From IMG/VR virus record IMGVR_UViG_3300044993_000663, positions 1 through 57,368 of that record: a stretch of DNA of 57,368 nt; one strand, written 5' to 3'. The stretch is from a virus. Lineage: Duplodnaviria; Caudoviricetes. The notes below the pieces were generated by a model. That model saw only the letters and a list, made by a program, of their open reading frames with translations. It had not been told where the DNA came from and did no database searches. Of the stretch, positions 1-9,559 are shown piece after piece. Both the position numbers and the translations under genes were made by a program. Positions within the stretch are counted from its first letter, which is position 1. The number at the start of each line of letters is the position of its first letter.

Positions 1-319
1 GCTGGTAGATGGACTGAATACCCGCGATCGTCACGGCGTACCCGAGGTCCTTGCGCTTCAGCCCCGCCGAGTAGATGCCCACGGGCACGTCCGGCGCGAT
101 GTGCCGGAGCTTGTCCGCTGCCTGCTCCAGGAGTTCCTTGACGTGGGCCAGGATGACCACGCGCCCGTTCCACGGCCCGACCGCGTCGCGGCAGATCGTG
201 GCGATGACGGGCGTCTTGCCCCCGCCGGTCGGAATCACCACGCAGGGGTTGTCATCGCGCGTCCGCAGGTGCTCGTACACCGCGGCGACGGCTTCGGATT
301 GATAGGGTCGGAGGTTCAT
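1..319 (-). CDS. DEAD/DEAH-box (SF2) phage helicase, N-terminal part, truncated by window edge
   Basis: Manual translation from ATG at 319: MNLRPYQSEAV...VIPTGGGKT...ILAHVKELLEQ (Q motif, Walker A, motif Ia). Confidence 0.85.
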   Translation of the reverse strand, partial: MNLRPYQSEAVAAVYEHLRTRDDNPCVVIPTGGGKTPVIATICRDAVGPWNGRVVILAHVKELLEQAADKLRHIAPDVPVGIYSAGLKRKDLGYAVTIAGIQSIYQ

Positions 320-597
320 TGCTTGAGGGAGTCCTCTCGGCGATGCAGAAACCGGCCTGCGGCCTCGGCAAGCACCTCTCCATTGGCGTCGTTCGGTTCC
401 GAGTGGCTCAGGATCTCGGCGGCAACGATCACGTCGGACATTCCGAGTTGCCGGAGCACGCAGCCGAGGGAGATGGCCACGGTGCTGTTGAGCTCGCTGT
501 TCGCTTCGTACGGCATCTGGATCGAGCCGGTCGAGATGCTCGCGCCGTCCGACCACTCAATGGCGACTCGGTGCCAACGTCCGGGGTTCTGGTTCAC
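316..597 (-). CDS. Hypothetical phage protein
   Basis: 93-aa ORF with 4-bp overlaps to both neighbours. Confidence 0.6.
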   Translation of the reverse strand: MNQNPGRWHRVAIEWSDGASISTGSIQMPYEANSELNSTVAISLGCVLRQLGMSDVIVAAEILSHSEPNDANGEVLAEAAGRFLHRREDSLKQ

Positions 598-980
598 GGG
601 TTGGTTCCTTGCGTTGTGATCTGGGTCAGTTCCACCAGCACTTTGCCGCCCGGCGTCACCGGGCCTCGCTCCACTTCCAGCCGATCGATCTGCGAGTCGT
701 CGCGGTAGGCCCCTCCCTTGGCGAGCGCGTCAAGCAGCGCCTTCTGCACGTTGTCCAGGTCGCGCCGGCGGCGATCGGGAGGGCAGACGGTGACGCGCAC
801 CGCCAGGCGTCCATCCATCCGCTCTACCCGCATCGCCGCGAGGGCGGCGCACACGTCCGTGCGGTAGCGCCGACCCTCGCGGCTGATGACGGTCCTGTGC
901 CCCATGCGCCGCCAGATGTGGTTCACACTCGGCGGGTACGGGAGCTCGAGGACGCGACCGGATGGGCTTATCGCTTCCAC
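594..980 (-). CDS. rusA: RusA-family Holliday junction resolvase (start uncertain)
   Basis: LPYPPSVNH...RRRDLDNVQKALLDAL...DDSQI RusA signature. Confidence 0.88.
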   Translation of the reverse strand: MEAISPSGRVLELPYPPSVNHIWRRMGHRTVISREGRRYRTDVCAALAAMRVERMDGRLAVRVTVCPPDRRRRDLDNVQKALLDALAKGGAYRDDSQIDRLEVERGPVTPGGKVLVELTQITTQGTNP

Positions 981-1444
981 GGCGGCGTGCTCCCAGGGCC
1001 GACGCCGGCGGACACGCGAGCGCCCGTAGCACCGCCGCCCCCGCTCGCGCCCTTCTTCCCGTATCCCTTGATGACGTTCGTGAACTCGCCGTTGTCGTCG
1101 CGCTTCTTCAGCCCGACGTTGATCTCCAGCGGGATGTTGTGAAGCTCGATCGAGTCCTTCGGGGCCATGACGCCGACGGCGCGGCAGATCGCGGAGAGCT
1201 CGCCCCGCGCGATCTTCACCGTCATCTCGCTCTTGTTCTCCAGGTTCAGCCGCGCCCACACGAGGCGGCCCTTGTGGTCCCCGTCGATGATCTGGAACGT
1301 GAGTTGGAGGTACTTCCCACCGCCCGCCTTGGTCGGCTTCATTTCCGTCTCGGTGACGACGGCGATGTACTTGCCCGCGGGGATCGGGTCGAGAGCGACG
1401 GAGGGGTCCACGTTGTTCGCATCGAAGTTGTTCAGGTTTGCCAT
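968..1444 (-). CDS. DUF669-family phage protein (putative ssDNA-binding)
   Basis: FDANNVDP...PIPAGKY...YLQLTFQI...ELHNIPL, Gly-rich tail ending PPWKR; lies after AAA_24-like ATPase. Confidence 0.8.
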   Translation of the reverse strand: MANLNNFDANNVDPSVALDPIPAGKYIAVVTETEMKPTKAGGGKYLQLTFQIIDGDHKGRLVWARLNLENKSEMTVKIARGELSAICRAVGVMAPKDSIELHNIPLEINVGLKKRDDNGEFTNVIKGYGKKGASGGGGATGARVSAGVGPGSTPPWKR

Positions 1445-1458
1445 GGGTCAGAGTCCTT

Positions 1459-2289
1459 TCAGTTGGCGGATGACGGAGTGACGGCCTCGCCCGTGGTGGG
1501 CGCGGCGTTGGTGTTCGGTGTGGTGGGAGCGGAGTCGCCGCGCGTGCCAGCCACGTGCGCGGCGAAGACGCGGTAGTCGAGCGGCAGCTCCTCGGGGAGG
1601 TTCAAGCGGTTCTTCGCAACGTGCGCAGGGCGCTCGACGGTGCGGATGATCCGCTCGCCGGTGCCCACGCCGTTGTGCTTGGCCTTGTTGAAGCCCTCGT
1701 CCACCTTGACCGTGAGCACCTTGTACGTGGCGAAGAGCACCTCGTCGGCCCACTCCTGGACCAGCGCGGACGCCAGCTTGTGCAGGCGCGGCGAGTAGCG
1801 GTCGTAGGGGACGGTCTCGGGGTTCTCAAACTTCTCGATCTTGGCGTGGGCGATGACGACCACGGTCATGCCGCGGTCGCCGCGGAGGGCATCCAGCGCC
1901 CCGAGCACCATCCGCCACTTCTCGATGGCGAACGTGTAACCCTTGGCGTACCCGATCTTCTCGATGCTCTCGACCTGCTCGTCCTCGCAGACCTCGTTCC
2001 AGATGAGGCGCTCGAGCCAGTCGAGGCTGTCGATGACGACGGTCCTGTACCCGTGCTCGCCGGAGTAGAGCGACTCCAATGCCGCCATCACGTCTCCGAG
2101 CGACTTGGCCAGCGGGAACGACTCGCACTCGATGTCGCCGAGGCCATCCTCGGTCGGAATGAAGATCGGGTTCTCGGCCATCGCGCCGAACGTGCTCTTA
2201 CCGATTCCGTGCGTGCCGTACAGCATCACGCGCCGGGGCTTGGGCCTGCGGCCCCTGTTGATCTGGTTCATCAGGCTGGTTGCGGTCAT
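1459..2289 (-). CDS. Phage AAA_24/Sak4-like ATP-binding protein (alternative GTG start at 2394)
   Basis: Walker A YGTHGIGKST, Walker B TVVIDSLDWLE, AKNR motif. Confidence 0.85.
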   Translation of the reverse strand: MTATSLMNQINRGRRPKPRRVMLYGTHGIGKSTFGAMAENPIFIPTEDGLGDIECESFPLAKSLGDVMAALESLYSGEHGYRTVVIDSLDWLERLIWNEVCEDEQVESIEKIGYAKGYTFAIEKWRMVLGALDALRGDRGMTVVVIAHAKIEKFENPETVPYDRYSPRLHKLASALVQEWADEVLFATYKVLTVKVDEGFNKAKHNGVGTGERIIRTVERPAHVAKNRLNLPEELPLDYRVFAAHVAGTRGDSAPTTPNTNAAPTTGEAVTPSSAN

Positions 2290-2390
2290 GGGGTCTCCGA
2301 TGGGAACGAGGTCGTGGGGGAAGATGTCGCGGATGTAATCGCCTTGGCCGAGACGGACGAGGGGAAGAGCGGGGATGGAGGGACGCTCAG

Positions 2391-2738
2391 TCACGCACCC
2401 GTCTCGCACGGGTGGCGGGCCGCGGCGGACGGCCTCTTCGGCACCGGCCCGTCAGTGCGTGCGACGCTGAACGTGTCGTCGCCGAACTCCCGCGTGCAGA
2501 AACCGATGAACACACGCGCGACCGCGCGGCCCGTCTCGGTGCCCGCATCGATCACGACGATGCGCTCGTCGGCGTTGATGGCGTATCCCGCGTCGAGCCG
2601 GACGGCCGCATCGCCGTATAGGCAGCCGACCGCCAGGATCGCCAGGAGGAGCGTCTCCTCCACGGCCTCCATGTCCACGGGAATCTGGAACGCGAGCCGG
2701 TACACGAACCGGCCCGCTCGGGCGTCGGTGTTGGTCAT
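2391..2738 (-). CDS. Hypothetical phage protein
   Basis: ATG at 2738 with GGAG RBS, directly downstream of the conserved promoter-like motif. Confidence 0.7.
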   Translation of the reverse strand: MTNTDARAGRFVYRLAFQIPVDMEAVEETLLLAILAVGCLYGDAAVRLDAGYAINADERIVVIDAGTETGRAVARVFIGFCTREFGDDTFSVARTDGPVPKRPSAAARHPCETGA

Positions 2739-2754
2739 GGCAGTTCTCCGGGGT

Positions 2755-2786
2755 CCATCTACGCGAAACGCGCGCGCCGTGGCGTG
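2755..2786 (-). promoter_or_regulatory. Putative element-sigma promoter, copy 1 (CACGCCAC-N14-GCGTAGATGG)
   Basis: Same bipartite motif and spacing at 9878-9909 and 55115-55146; intergenic, upstream of the replication operon. Confidence 0.75.
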
Positions 2787-2790
2787 CGAT

Positions 2791-3312
2791 TCAGAAGTAC
2801 TCCTCAAGGCCCGCGTCCCGGAAGATGCGGCGGATCTTGGCGACGTTGTCGCGCAGCGTGCGGCGAGGGATGCCCATCTCCTTCGCGGCATGCGCCAGCA
2901 GGTCGCGGAGGAGTTGGTCGCAGACGCTGTGCTGCTTGGGGTTCAGCCGACGGCGCACCGATTCCAGGTCCATCCGAAGGTCGGTCAGGCGACGCCACCG
3001 GTCGTGCGACCATGCGGGGTCGGCGGGCTCCTCTCCGAGGCACCCGAGCGAGCGCGCCCGCCCGCCCCGCTTCCGCGAATGCCGCTCGCGCAGTACCGAC
3101 ACCAGGCGCGTGGTGACAACCTGGTTGATGAAGGCCTCGACCGGCCCACGGCTCGGGTCGTACCGACCCCACGCCTCGACGAGATGCACCATCACGGCGC
3201 TGGCGACGTCCTCCGCATGAGTGCTGCGGATGCAGCCTCGCTGCCGATAGCGGGCGACCTCGCTGTTAATGACTTTCCAGGCGAACTCGATCGTGATGCG
3301 GTCCATTTCCAT
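2791..3312 (-). CDS. Element-encoded ECF-like RNA polymerase sigma factor
   Basis: Region-2-like AEDVASAVMVHLVEAWGRYDPSRGPVEAFINQVV; region-4 HTH AAKEMGIPRRTLRDNVAKIR. Confidence 0.8.
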   Translation of the reverse strand: MEMDRITIEFAWKVINSEVARYRQRGCIRSTHAEDVASAVMVHLVEAWGRYDPSRGPVEAFINQVVTTRLVSVLRERHSRKRGGRARSLGCLGEEPADPAWSHDRWRRLTDLRMDLESVRRRLNPKQHSVCDQLLRDLLAHAAKEMGIPRRTLRDNVAKIRRIFRDAGLEEYF

Positions 3313-3637
3313 CTGCTTGTCCTTCTGTTTCTGCGCGCAGCCACCGCGCCGAGGCACAGGGCCGCGTTGAGTGCTGTCAAGTGGAATGACGGGTCTGGGG
3401 CGGGCCGCGGTGCCGAGCGGACTCGGACGCGACCAAAGGGTGATGGGCGGATTCGCCCGAGGCGGAGCGCGTGGTGCGCTCGCCGATCGCGCTACGCGCG
3501 CACGACTCCGAGCGGAGGCGAACGCCAGCGAGCTTCAGGGACGGGTGAGATGCACATCATCGTGAGACTCCTTGGGACCCTCGGGGGCCAGGCCAGTGAT
3601 CAACTGGCGGGAGTCTCTCGCGTTCGAAGCGTGGGAT

Positions 3638-3659
3638 CAGTCCTGACTAGTCATGACTG
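3638..3659. promoter_or_regulatory. Near-perfect 22-bp palindrome, candidate operator
   Basis: CAGTCCTGAC-TA-GTCATGACTG, one mismatch; about 330 bp upstream of the sigma gene. Confidence 0.4.
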
Positions 3660-4607
3660 GTCGATCAGTTTCGACGCCTCCAGGCCGAGCGGCGTGAGGA
3701 AGTAGCCGCCCCGTGTTCCATGATGGCGGGCGTTGTCCAGGAACCGCATCTTGACGAGATTCGACATGGCCGCTTTGAAGGTCGCGTCGGGCTCGTAGTT
3801 GCCTGCCCACTTTGCGAGCAGGCTCTGACTCGGCAATCTTCCGGAGTTGGGACCCACAAGCCGCTTCTCTGCCAGCGCGACGATTGCTTCGCGCTCCATT
3901 GGCTTGAGGCGTTGAACCTGCTCTTTGAGAGCTTCGAGGTCCAGAGGCGGCGATCCACCCTGAGGTAGAGCTTTGCGAGCAAAGGTGTCCCAGGATGGCA
4001 GACGGTGCCACGCGCCGTCGCGTTCGTCGAGGACGTCCTCGAGCGGCACGAGCACCATCCGGCCGTCCGCCAACGATGGTTCCTGCCGCGGGGACCAGTG
4101 TTGCCGCGTGAACGTCATGAGTATCGGGGGGCGTTGTGCTTTCTGCCGCACGTCCAGCAGGTGGCGCGAGAGATCGTCGGCCGAGTACGTCACGATGACC
4201 GAGACCTGGATGCTCACCGCCGCCTCCGGCCGCCAGTCCCCGATGAAGAGAACGCCAGGGAGTGGCGTCGTTGGCTCGCGCGTCTCGTGGAGCCCGAGCA
4301 CGTTGCACAAGTGGGAGCGCAGCCGCCGCTCGCAGGTGCGACGAAGCACGCGATCCGCGTGCGACAACTCGACCGGCTCGTCCATCTCCTGGTCACATAC
4401 GGCCACCGCGCGTCCGTCGCCATGCTCGACAATCCGCATCGCGGGCTTGCCCGGGCGCGACCACCGCTGCGCGAGACGGCTCGTGTCTCGAAGCAACGAC
4501 TGAATCACGGCGAAGCCATCGCCGGCCTCGCGTTGCCAGTCCGCCAGCGTCGCTCCCGCCAGGGAAAAGCGTTCAAGACACAGCAAAGAGCGTCTGGGCG
4601 ACGGCAT
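3651..4607 (-). CDS. Hypothetical protein with C-terminal winged-HTH-like domain
   Basis: 318-aa ORF; C-terminus SQSLLAKWAG...FKAAMSNLVKMRFLD...GGYFLTPLG resembles a wHTH. Confidence 0.6.
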   Translation of the reverse strand: MPSPRRSLLCLERFSLAGATLADWQREAGDGFAVIQSLLRDTSRLAQRWSRPGKPAMRIVEHGDGRAVAVCDQEMDEPVELSHADRVLRRTCERRLRSHLCNVLGLHETREPTTPLPGVLFIGDWRPEAAVSIQVSVIVTYSADDLSRHLLDVRQKAQRPPILMTFTRQHWSPRQEPSLADGRMVLVPLEDVLDERDGAWHRLPSWDTFARKALPQGGSPPLDLEALKEQVQRLKPMEREAIVALAEKRLVGPNSGRLPSQSLLAKWAGNYEPDATFKAAMSNLVKMRFLDNARHHGTRGGYFLTPLGLEASKLIDQS

Positions 4608-5769
4608 TCAGGGACTCCGTTCGCGTCATGAGGAACTTCCGATCCTCCAGGAACAGCTCGATGACCTCGGCCGCATCGTCGTGCTCGTATGTCGCTTTGA
4701 TCGGAGGCTCGAGCAAGACAGGCCGAGTACGCTTCTCGCCGACGAGCTTGAAACAGAGCTTGGCCCGCATCATGACCGCCGAGTCGTCGATGCGATTCCC
4801 GACGAGTTGAAGCGCGGTGAACACGTCGTCCGGCCCCAGGCGCACCTCAACATGATCGAGCGCCGGATGCACGAGGTCGAGCGTGACCAGGCTCACTTCC
4901 TCGATCTCCTCGAATCCGCCCCGATCCAAAACTGCCTGGCCCATAGCACGGATCGGCTCGAGCGAGTACCGCGGCGGCGGCTCGAAGGAATCGAACAGGG
5001 CCTGGTTGTTGAAGATGTGTAGGCCGATGTAGTGGCAGTAGGCGCGCACGTCCCCCTGCGCCCGGGCGTTGACCAAGAGATCCCCGTGACGCGGATCGTA
5101 CCGGACCACGTCGTACAATTCGGGCCGAAGCACCAGCCGCCGTGATTCGTTCTGGTCGTCGATCACGGGCTGGGTCCGAAGCGTGTCCCCGCGGCGAATC
5201 ATCAGCCGTAGTCCATCGCCTTCCGGGAAAGCATGCACCCTTGTGCCGCCGCCTCGGTGTCGCTTCTGGAAGTCCCGGAGGAGGCTTGCCTCAACCAGGG
5301 AGCACCGCTTCTTCCAGTCCTTGGGCAACTTGGGGATGGCCTTCTTCACGGCGAGGTAGCGGCAGATCCGCCGCGGCCGAAGCGAGGCCAGTTCAACGTG
5401 GAGGTCCTCGAGGAGATTCGGCGCCTTCAGGAAGATGCGAACGGCGAGGTCGGCGGTCGGGTCCTTCGGGTCCGCCTTGAGTTTCGCGCGCCCGGCGAGC
5501 GATACGAGGCGATCGTGCATCTCCGGCTTGGACACATCCCCCAGCAGCACGAGCATCTCGGGCAAGCCGGGGGGCAGGTTCGTCCCCGCCATGACGACGA
5601 GCGAGAGGCGGTCGAACACCTCGCTGTCGAGGTCGCGCTCGCTTCGGATCTTCAGGCCTTGGGCCGCGAACCACTCCAGGTAGGGCCCGAGCAGGCGGAA
5701 CAGGCCCGGCCTGTCGATGTCGCGGAGGCTGGAGGGCGTGAGAAACCGGGGTCGGAAGGGATCGGCCAT
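4573..5769 (-). CDS. Hypothetical protein, overlapping the wHTH-like gene
   Basis: 398-aa protein-like ORF from MADPFRPRF, GGAG RBS upstream. Confidence 0.7.
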   Translation of the reverse strand: MADPFRPRFLTPSSLRDIDRPGLFRLLGPYLEWFAAQGLKIRSERDLDSEVFDRLSLVVMAGTNLPPGLPEMLVLLGDVSKPEMHDRLVSLAGRAKLKADPKDPTADLAVRIFLKAPNLLEDLHVELASLRPRRICRYLAVKKAIPKLPKDWKKRCSLVEASLLRDFQKRHRGGGTRVHAFPEGDGLRLMIRRGDTLRTQPVIDDQNESRRLVLRPELYDVVRYDPRHGDLLVNARAQGDVRAYCHYIGLHIFNNQALFDSFEPPPRYSLEPIRAMGQAVLDRGGFEEIEEVSLVTLDLVHPALDHVEVRLGPDDVFTALQLVGNRIDDSAVMMRAKLCFKLVGEKRTRPVLLEPPIKATYEHDDAAEVIELFLEDRKFLMTRTESLNAVAQTLFAVS

Positions 5770-5974
5770 CGCTCTACTCCTGGGGTCGCTCAGGCATGCC
5801 CTGCCCGAGATGTGGTGCTCCTCTGCCTGCTCAGGGCCCGAGAACTGCCTGCGAGACGGGGTGGTGACGGTCCTTTCCGGCCGGACCGAACCGAACCCGG
5901 TCGAGATTCGTAGATTGCACTGGTTGCGATTATTGCAGATGGACGATAGACTGTCCACTGGAGAGGACCCACCC

Positions 5975-6442
5975 ATGTCGACTACCGCCCTGCCACCCCG
6001 AAACGCCCGGATCGGCCCGGTCGCACCGACCGACCACGAGTCCCGGCTTGCCCGGGAGTCCAGCCGGAGGCTCTCGCCGTACGCCAAGCAGGACCTTCGG
6101 GTCCGGATCACAGACGGTGACGGCCCCGACATCCTGCTTCCCGCCGCCGCCGTCCAGCTGCTGGTCCACCTGCTGACGCAGATGGCCGAGGGCAACGCCG
6201 TGACGCTCATGCCGATCCACGCCGAACTGACCACGCAGCAGGCCGCCGACCTCCTGGGCGTCTCGCGGCCGTTCCTCGTCAAGGAGCTTGACGCCGGGAG
6301 GATCGACTACCGCAAGGTCGGCACCCACCGGCGTGTACTCTTCGTCGAGCTCATGCGGTACAAGGACGCGATGGACGCCAAGCGCCACGAGGCTCTCGAC
6401 GAGCTGACGAAGCAGGCGCAGGAACTCCGTATGGGCTACTGA
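5975..6442 (+). CDS. Excisionase-family HTH_17 protein (antitoxin partner of PIN protein)
   Basis: ELTTQQAADLLGVSRPFLVKELDAG...KVGTHRRV; ends QAQELRMGY. Confidence 0.88.
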   Translation: MSTTALPPRNARIGPVAPTDHESRLARESSRRLSPYAKQDLRVRITDGDGPDILLPAAAVQLLVHLLTQMAEGNAVTLMPIHAELTTQQAADLLGVSRPFLVKELDAGRIDYRKVGTHRRVLFVELMRYKDAMDAKRHEALDELTKQAQELRMGY

Positions 6443-6476
6443 TGCGCCGGCCACCCGGCAAGGATGCGACGGCGCG

Positions 6477-7046
6477 ATGGCGACCTTCACAGCACTCTAC
6501 GACTCATGCGTGCTGTACCCGGCTCCGCTCCGGGACTTCCTCATGCGCATCGCGCTGACCGACCTGTTCCGCGCTCGCTGGACCGACCGCATCCACGAGG
6601 AGTGGATCGGCAAGCTGCTCGAGGACCGACCCGACCTGTCGCGCGCCCAACTCGACCGCACGCGCGACCTCATGAACTCCCACGTCCGGGACTGCCTCGT
6701 CGTCGGATACGAGCCGCTGATCAACGGCCTGGAACTGCCCGACCCGAATGATCGCCACGTCGTCGCGGCGGCGATCCGCGCCCGGGCCGATGTCATCGTC
6801 ACGTTCAACCTGAAGGACTTTCCCAACCCGTACATCGCCGGGTTCGGCATTGAGGCCCAGCATCCCGACGAGTTCATCTCGCACCTAATCGACCTCGCCC
6901 CGGGCGCGGTATGCTCCGCGGCAAAACGCCAGCGGGAAGCGCTGCGCAACCCGGCGAAGTCTGTCGAAGAGTACCTCGACTCGCTGGCCGCGCAGCGCCT
7001 TCCTGACACGGTCTCCCGCCTCAGCGAATTCGGCCACCTGCTGTAG
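6477..7046 (+). CDS. PIN-domain toxin (PIN_3/VapC-like)
   Basis: ALYDSCVLYP...LPDPNDRHVVAAA...IVTFNLKDFP. Confidence 0.9.
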   Translation: MATFTALYDSCVLYPAPLRDFLMRIALTDLFRARWTDRIHEEWIGKLLEDRPDLSRAQLDRTRDLMNSHVRDCLVVGYEPLINGLELPDPNDRHVVAAAIRARADVIVTFNLKDFPNPYIAGFGIEAQHPDEFISHLIDLAPGAVCSAAKRQREALRNPAKSVEEYLDSLAAQRLPDTVSRLSEFGHLL

Positions 7047-7449
7047 AGCCGACGAGTGAGCGCCACGACTCGCGTTGCCTGGCCCAATCTGCTTCCGCCG
7101 CGATCGTTCGAACCTGCCGCTCCGACACCGTCCCCCCTTCCCCTGCCACCCGCGGCAGGAACAGGATCGCCTCCTGGATGTCCGGCGCGAGGTTCAGCAG
7201 GTTGACGATCTGGCTCACGCGAGCCCGCGTGACGTGGCCCAGTTCGGCGATATCCGCGAAATCGGCCACCTCGCCGCTGCGGACCAGCTCCTCGAAGCGG
7301 ATCGCCAGCGCCATCAACTTCGAGATGCGCGGCACGCGGCCTTCGGGCATCTCTGCCGGCGTCGCACGTTCTCCCGCATGCATCACGCGCGTGCCGCACT
7401 GACCCGTGGTGAAGTGGACTTTGAAGTCGATGGTGACGCCGTCGGTCAT
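7021..7449 (-). CDS. Recombinase-associated HTH-like protein
   Basis: ADIAELGHVTRARVSQIVNLLNLAPDIQEAIL; 4-bp overlap with recombinase gene. Confidence 0.7.
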   Translation of the reverse strand: MTDGVTIDFKVHFTTGQCGTRVMHAGERATPAEMPEGRVPRISKLMALAIRFEELVRSGEVADFADIAELGHVTRARVSQIVNLLNLAPDIQEAILFLPRVAGEGGTVSERQVRTIAAEADWARQRESWRSLVGSTAGGRIR

Positions 7450-9011
7450 GCCGCCTCCTCTTCAACGCCGCGCTGTCCGATGGATCGCAGGCCCAGCGGG
7501 TGGAACGTGATGGAGACCGACCCCTTCGTCGCGTCGTAGTCCACCCGCTGGACCAGCATCCGCATCAGCCTCGCCTGCTCCTTCGGCGATAGGCGCGACC
7601 AGACCCCGTCGAACTCGGCGAGCGCCGCGTCTATCTCCGCTTTCGTGATCCCGTCCGCGCTCGCCTCCTCGATCGCTCGCCGGAGCGTGGCCGCCCGTTC
7701 CTCGGCCCCGCGCACCATTTCGTGGAGGTCCGCCAGCCGGGCCGCCGCGTGGGCGTCGCGGGCGGCGTCGCTCGCCGTCCGGCCCAGATCGGCGTGAAGG
7801 CGGGCCAGGTCCCGCTCGACTCCCGCCAGTTCCCCCTCCGCGGCCAGCCGCTGCGCGGTCATCTGTTCCCGGCACTTGGCCAGCGTGAGCGACAGTAACT
7901 CCGGGTCCTTCCCGATACGCTTGATCTGCTCGACGACGAAACCCTCGATCTGCTCGGCGGGCAGCGAGCGGCACGGGCACGAGTCCCATCCCTGCTTCTG
8001 CGCCTTGTAGCAGACGTAGTAGCGGTACATTCGCGCGCCGTTCTTGCTGGTCATCGTGTGGCCCATCGTGAGCCCGCACGGACCGCAGTGGATCAGGCCC
8101 TTCAGGAGCGCCCCGTACTTGTTGCGCAGGTGCATGCCGCCCGAGCGGCCATTGGTTCTCAGCCGTTCATGAACCTTCGTCCACAGGTCGTCGGGCACGA
8201 TCGCCTCGTGCTCGCCGGGGAACGTCTCGGCCTTGTAGCGGACGCGCCCTCGGTACAGAACGTTGGCGAGCACCTTCAACACCCCCGCCTTGTCCCACTC
8301 CCGCCCACCGTACGTCTGGCCCTTGCGGGTGCGGACGACCTTGGTCCGAAGGCCCCGCTGGTTCAGATCGCGGCAGACATCCAGCAGCGACCGCTTGGCG
8401 ACGTACATCCGGAATATCTCGCGGACTAGGTCCGCCTCCTGGCGGTTCACCACGAGCTTCTTCGTCACCGGGTCCACGTCGTAGCCGAGGATCGATCGTC
8501 CGCCCGACCACTTCCCCTTGCGCCGGGCCGCCGCGATCTTGTCCCGCGTGCGTTCGCTGATGATCTCCCGCTCGAACTGCGCGAACGAGAGCAGGATGTT
8601 CAGCGTGAGCCGCCCCATCGACTGCGTCGTGTTGAACTGCTGGGTGACGGAGACGAACGAGACTTTCTTCCGCTCGAACACCTCCATCATGCGGGCAAAG
8701 TCGATGAGAGAGCGGCTCAGGCGGTCCACCTTGTAGACGACCACGCAGTCCACCTTGCCGGACTCGATGTCCGCCATCAGACGCTTCACCGCCGGCCGCT
8801 CCATGTTCCCGCCCGTGAAGCCCCCATCGTCGTAGCGGTCGGGGAGCGCGACCCAGCCCTCGCCCTTCTGGCTGGCGATGTACGCCTCGGCGCTCTCGCG
8901 CTGCGCGTCGAGCGAGTTGAACTCCTGTTCGAGCCCCTCTTCGGTGCTCTTGCGGGTGTAGATGGCGCACTGCACCCGCGTCTTCGGCTTAGCCTCCGGT
9001 TGCTTCCTCAT
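7446..9011 (-). CDS. Large serine recombinase (integrase) with Zn-ribbon domain
   Basis: Catalytic AIYTRKS, VVYKVDRLSRS, FAQFERE, CGPCG...YYVC Zn ribbon, coiled coil. Confidence 0.95.
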   Translation of the reverse strand: MRKQPEAKPKTRVQCAIYTRKSTEEGLEQEFNSLDAQRESAEAYIASQKGEGWVALPDRYDDGGFTGGNMERPAVKRLMADIESGKVDCVVVYKVDRLSRSLIDFARMMEVFERKKVSFVSVTQQFNTTQSMGRLTLNILLSFAQFEREIISERTRDKIAAARRKGKWSGGRSILGYDVDPVTKKLVVNRQEADLVREIFRMYVAKRSLLDVCRDLNQRGLRTKVVRTRKGQTYGGREWDKAGVLKVLANVLYRGRVRYKAETFPGEHEAIVPDDLWTKVHERLRTNGRSGGMHLRNKYGALLKGLIHCGPCGLTMGHTMTSKNGARMYRYYVCYKAQKQGWDSCPCRSLPAEQIEGFVVEQIKRIGKDPELLSLTLAKCREQMTAQRLAAEGELAGVERDLARLHADLGRTASDAARDAHAAARLADLHEMVRGAEERAATLRRAIEEASADGITKAEIDAALAEFDGVWSRLSPKEQARLMRMLVQRVDYDATKGSVSITFHPLGLRSIGQRGVEEEAA

Positions 9012-9535
9012 GCCTCAACCTCCGCCTTCTTCCCGCGTGCCGACGGCAGGCCGAAGAAGCTCACGCCGTTCCAGTGCGCCCCGGTGATCTTTCGGGCGAT
9101 CGCCGTGAGCGAGCGGTACACCTCGCCCTCGTACTCGAACCCGCGCGGCAGCACCCGCACCACGACCGCCCGTCCCTTGTACTCGCGGCGGATCACGGCC
9201 CCGGGCTTCGGGAACGACGCCGGGCGGCCCGCGTCGAACGCCGCCGCCACCGTCGTCCCCGGCCCGCGTGCCATCGCCCGGGGGGCGCTCAGGCGGATCT
9301 CCGCGTCGTCGGCCAGTTCGAGCGCCCGCCGCCGAGCCCGTTCCGACAAACCGCCCTCGCGGAGCGCCTGCGTCCGCCAGACGATCCGCTTGATGAGGTA
9401 CTGCTTGTGGTTCGTCCGCGTCGGCTCGCCGAAGACCTCGGCGTAGCGCTGCCTCAGTTCGGCAACGGTGAGCTTGGCGAGGGCTCGGGCGGCCGTGGCG
9501 GGATTATCGGGTGGGGGCGAAGGGTGTGGCATCAT
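9008..9535 (-). CDS. DUF2924-family protein
   Basis: LRQRYAEVFG...PGAVIRREYKG...YRSLTAIARKITGAHWNGVSFFGL, upstream of recombinase. Confidence 0.88.
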   Translation of the reverse strand: MMPHPSPPPDNPATAARALAKLTVAELRQRYAEVFGEPTRTNHKQYLIKRIVWRTQALREGGLSERARRRALELADDAEIRLSAPRAMARGPGTTVAAAFDAGRPASFPKPGAVIRREYKGRAVVVRVLPRGFEYEGEVYRSLTAIARKITGAHWNGVSFFGLPSARGKKAEVEA

Positions 9536-9559
9536 CGGGACTCTCCGGTTCGCAAGGCG

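Noticed and set aside
1555-3705. 716-aa plus-strand ORF and similar long ORFs (33633-36125, 45072-47654, 51343-53397)
   Set aside because: Antisense shadows of motif-supported genes; expected in high-GC DNA
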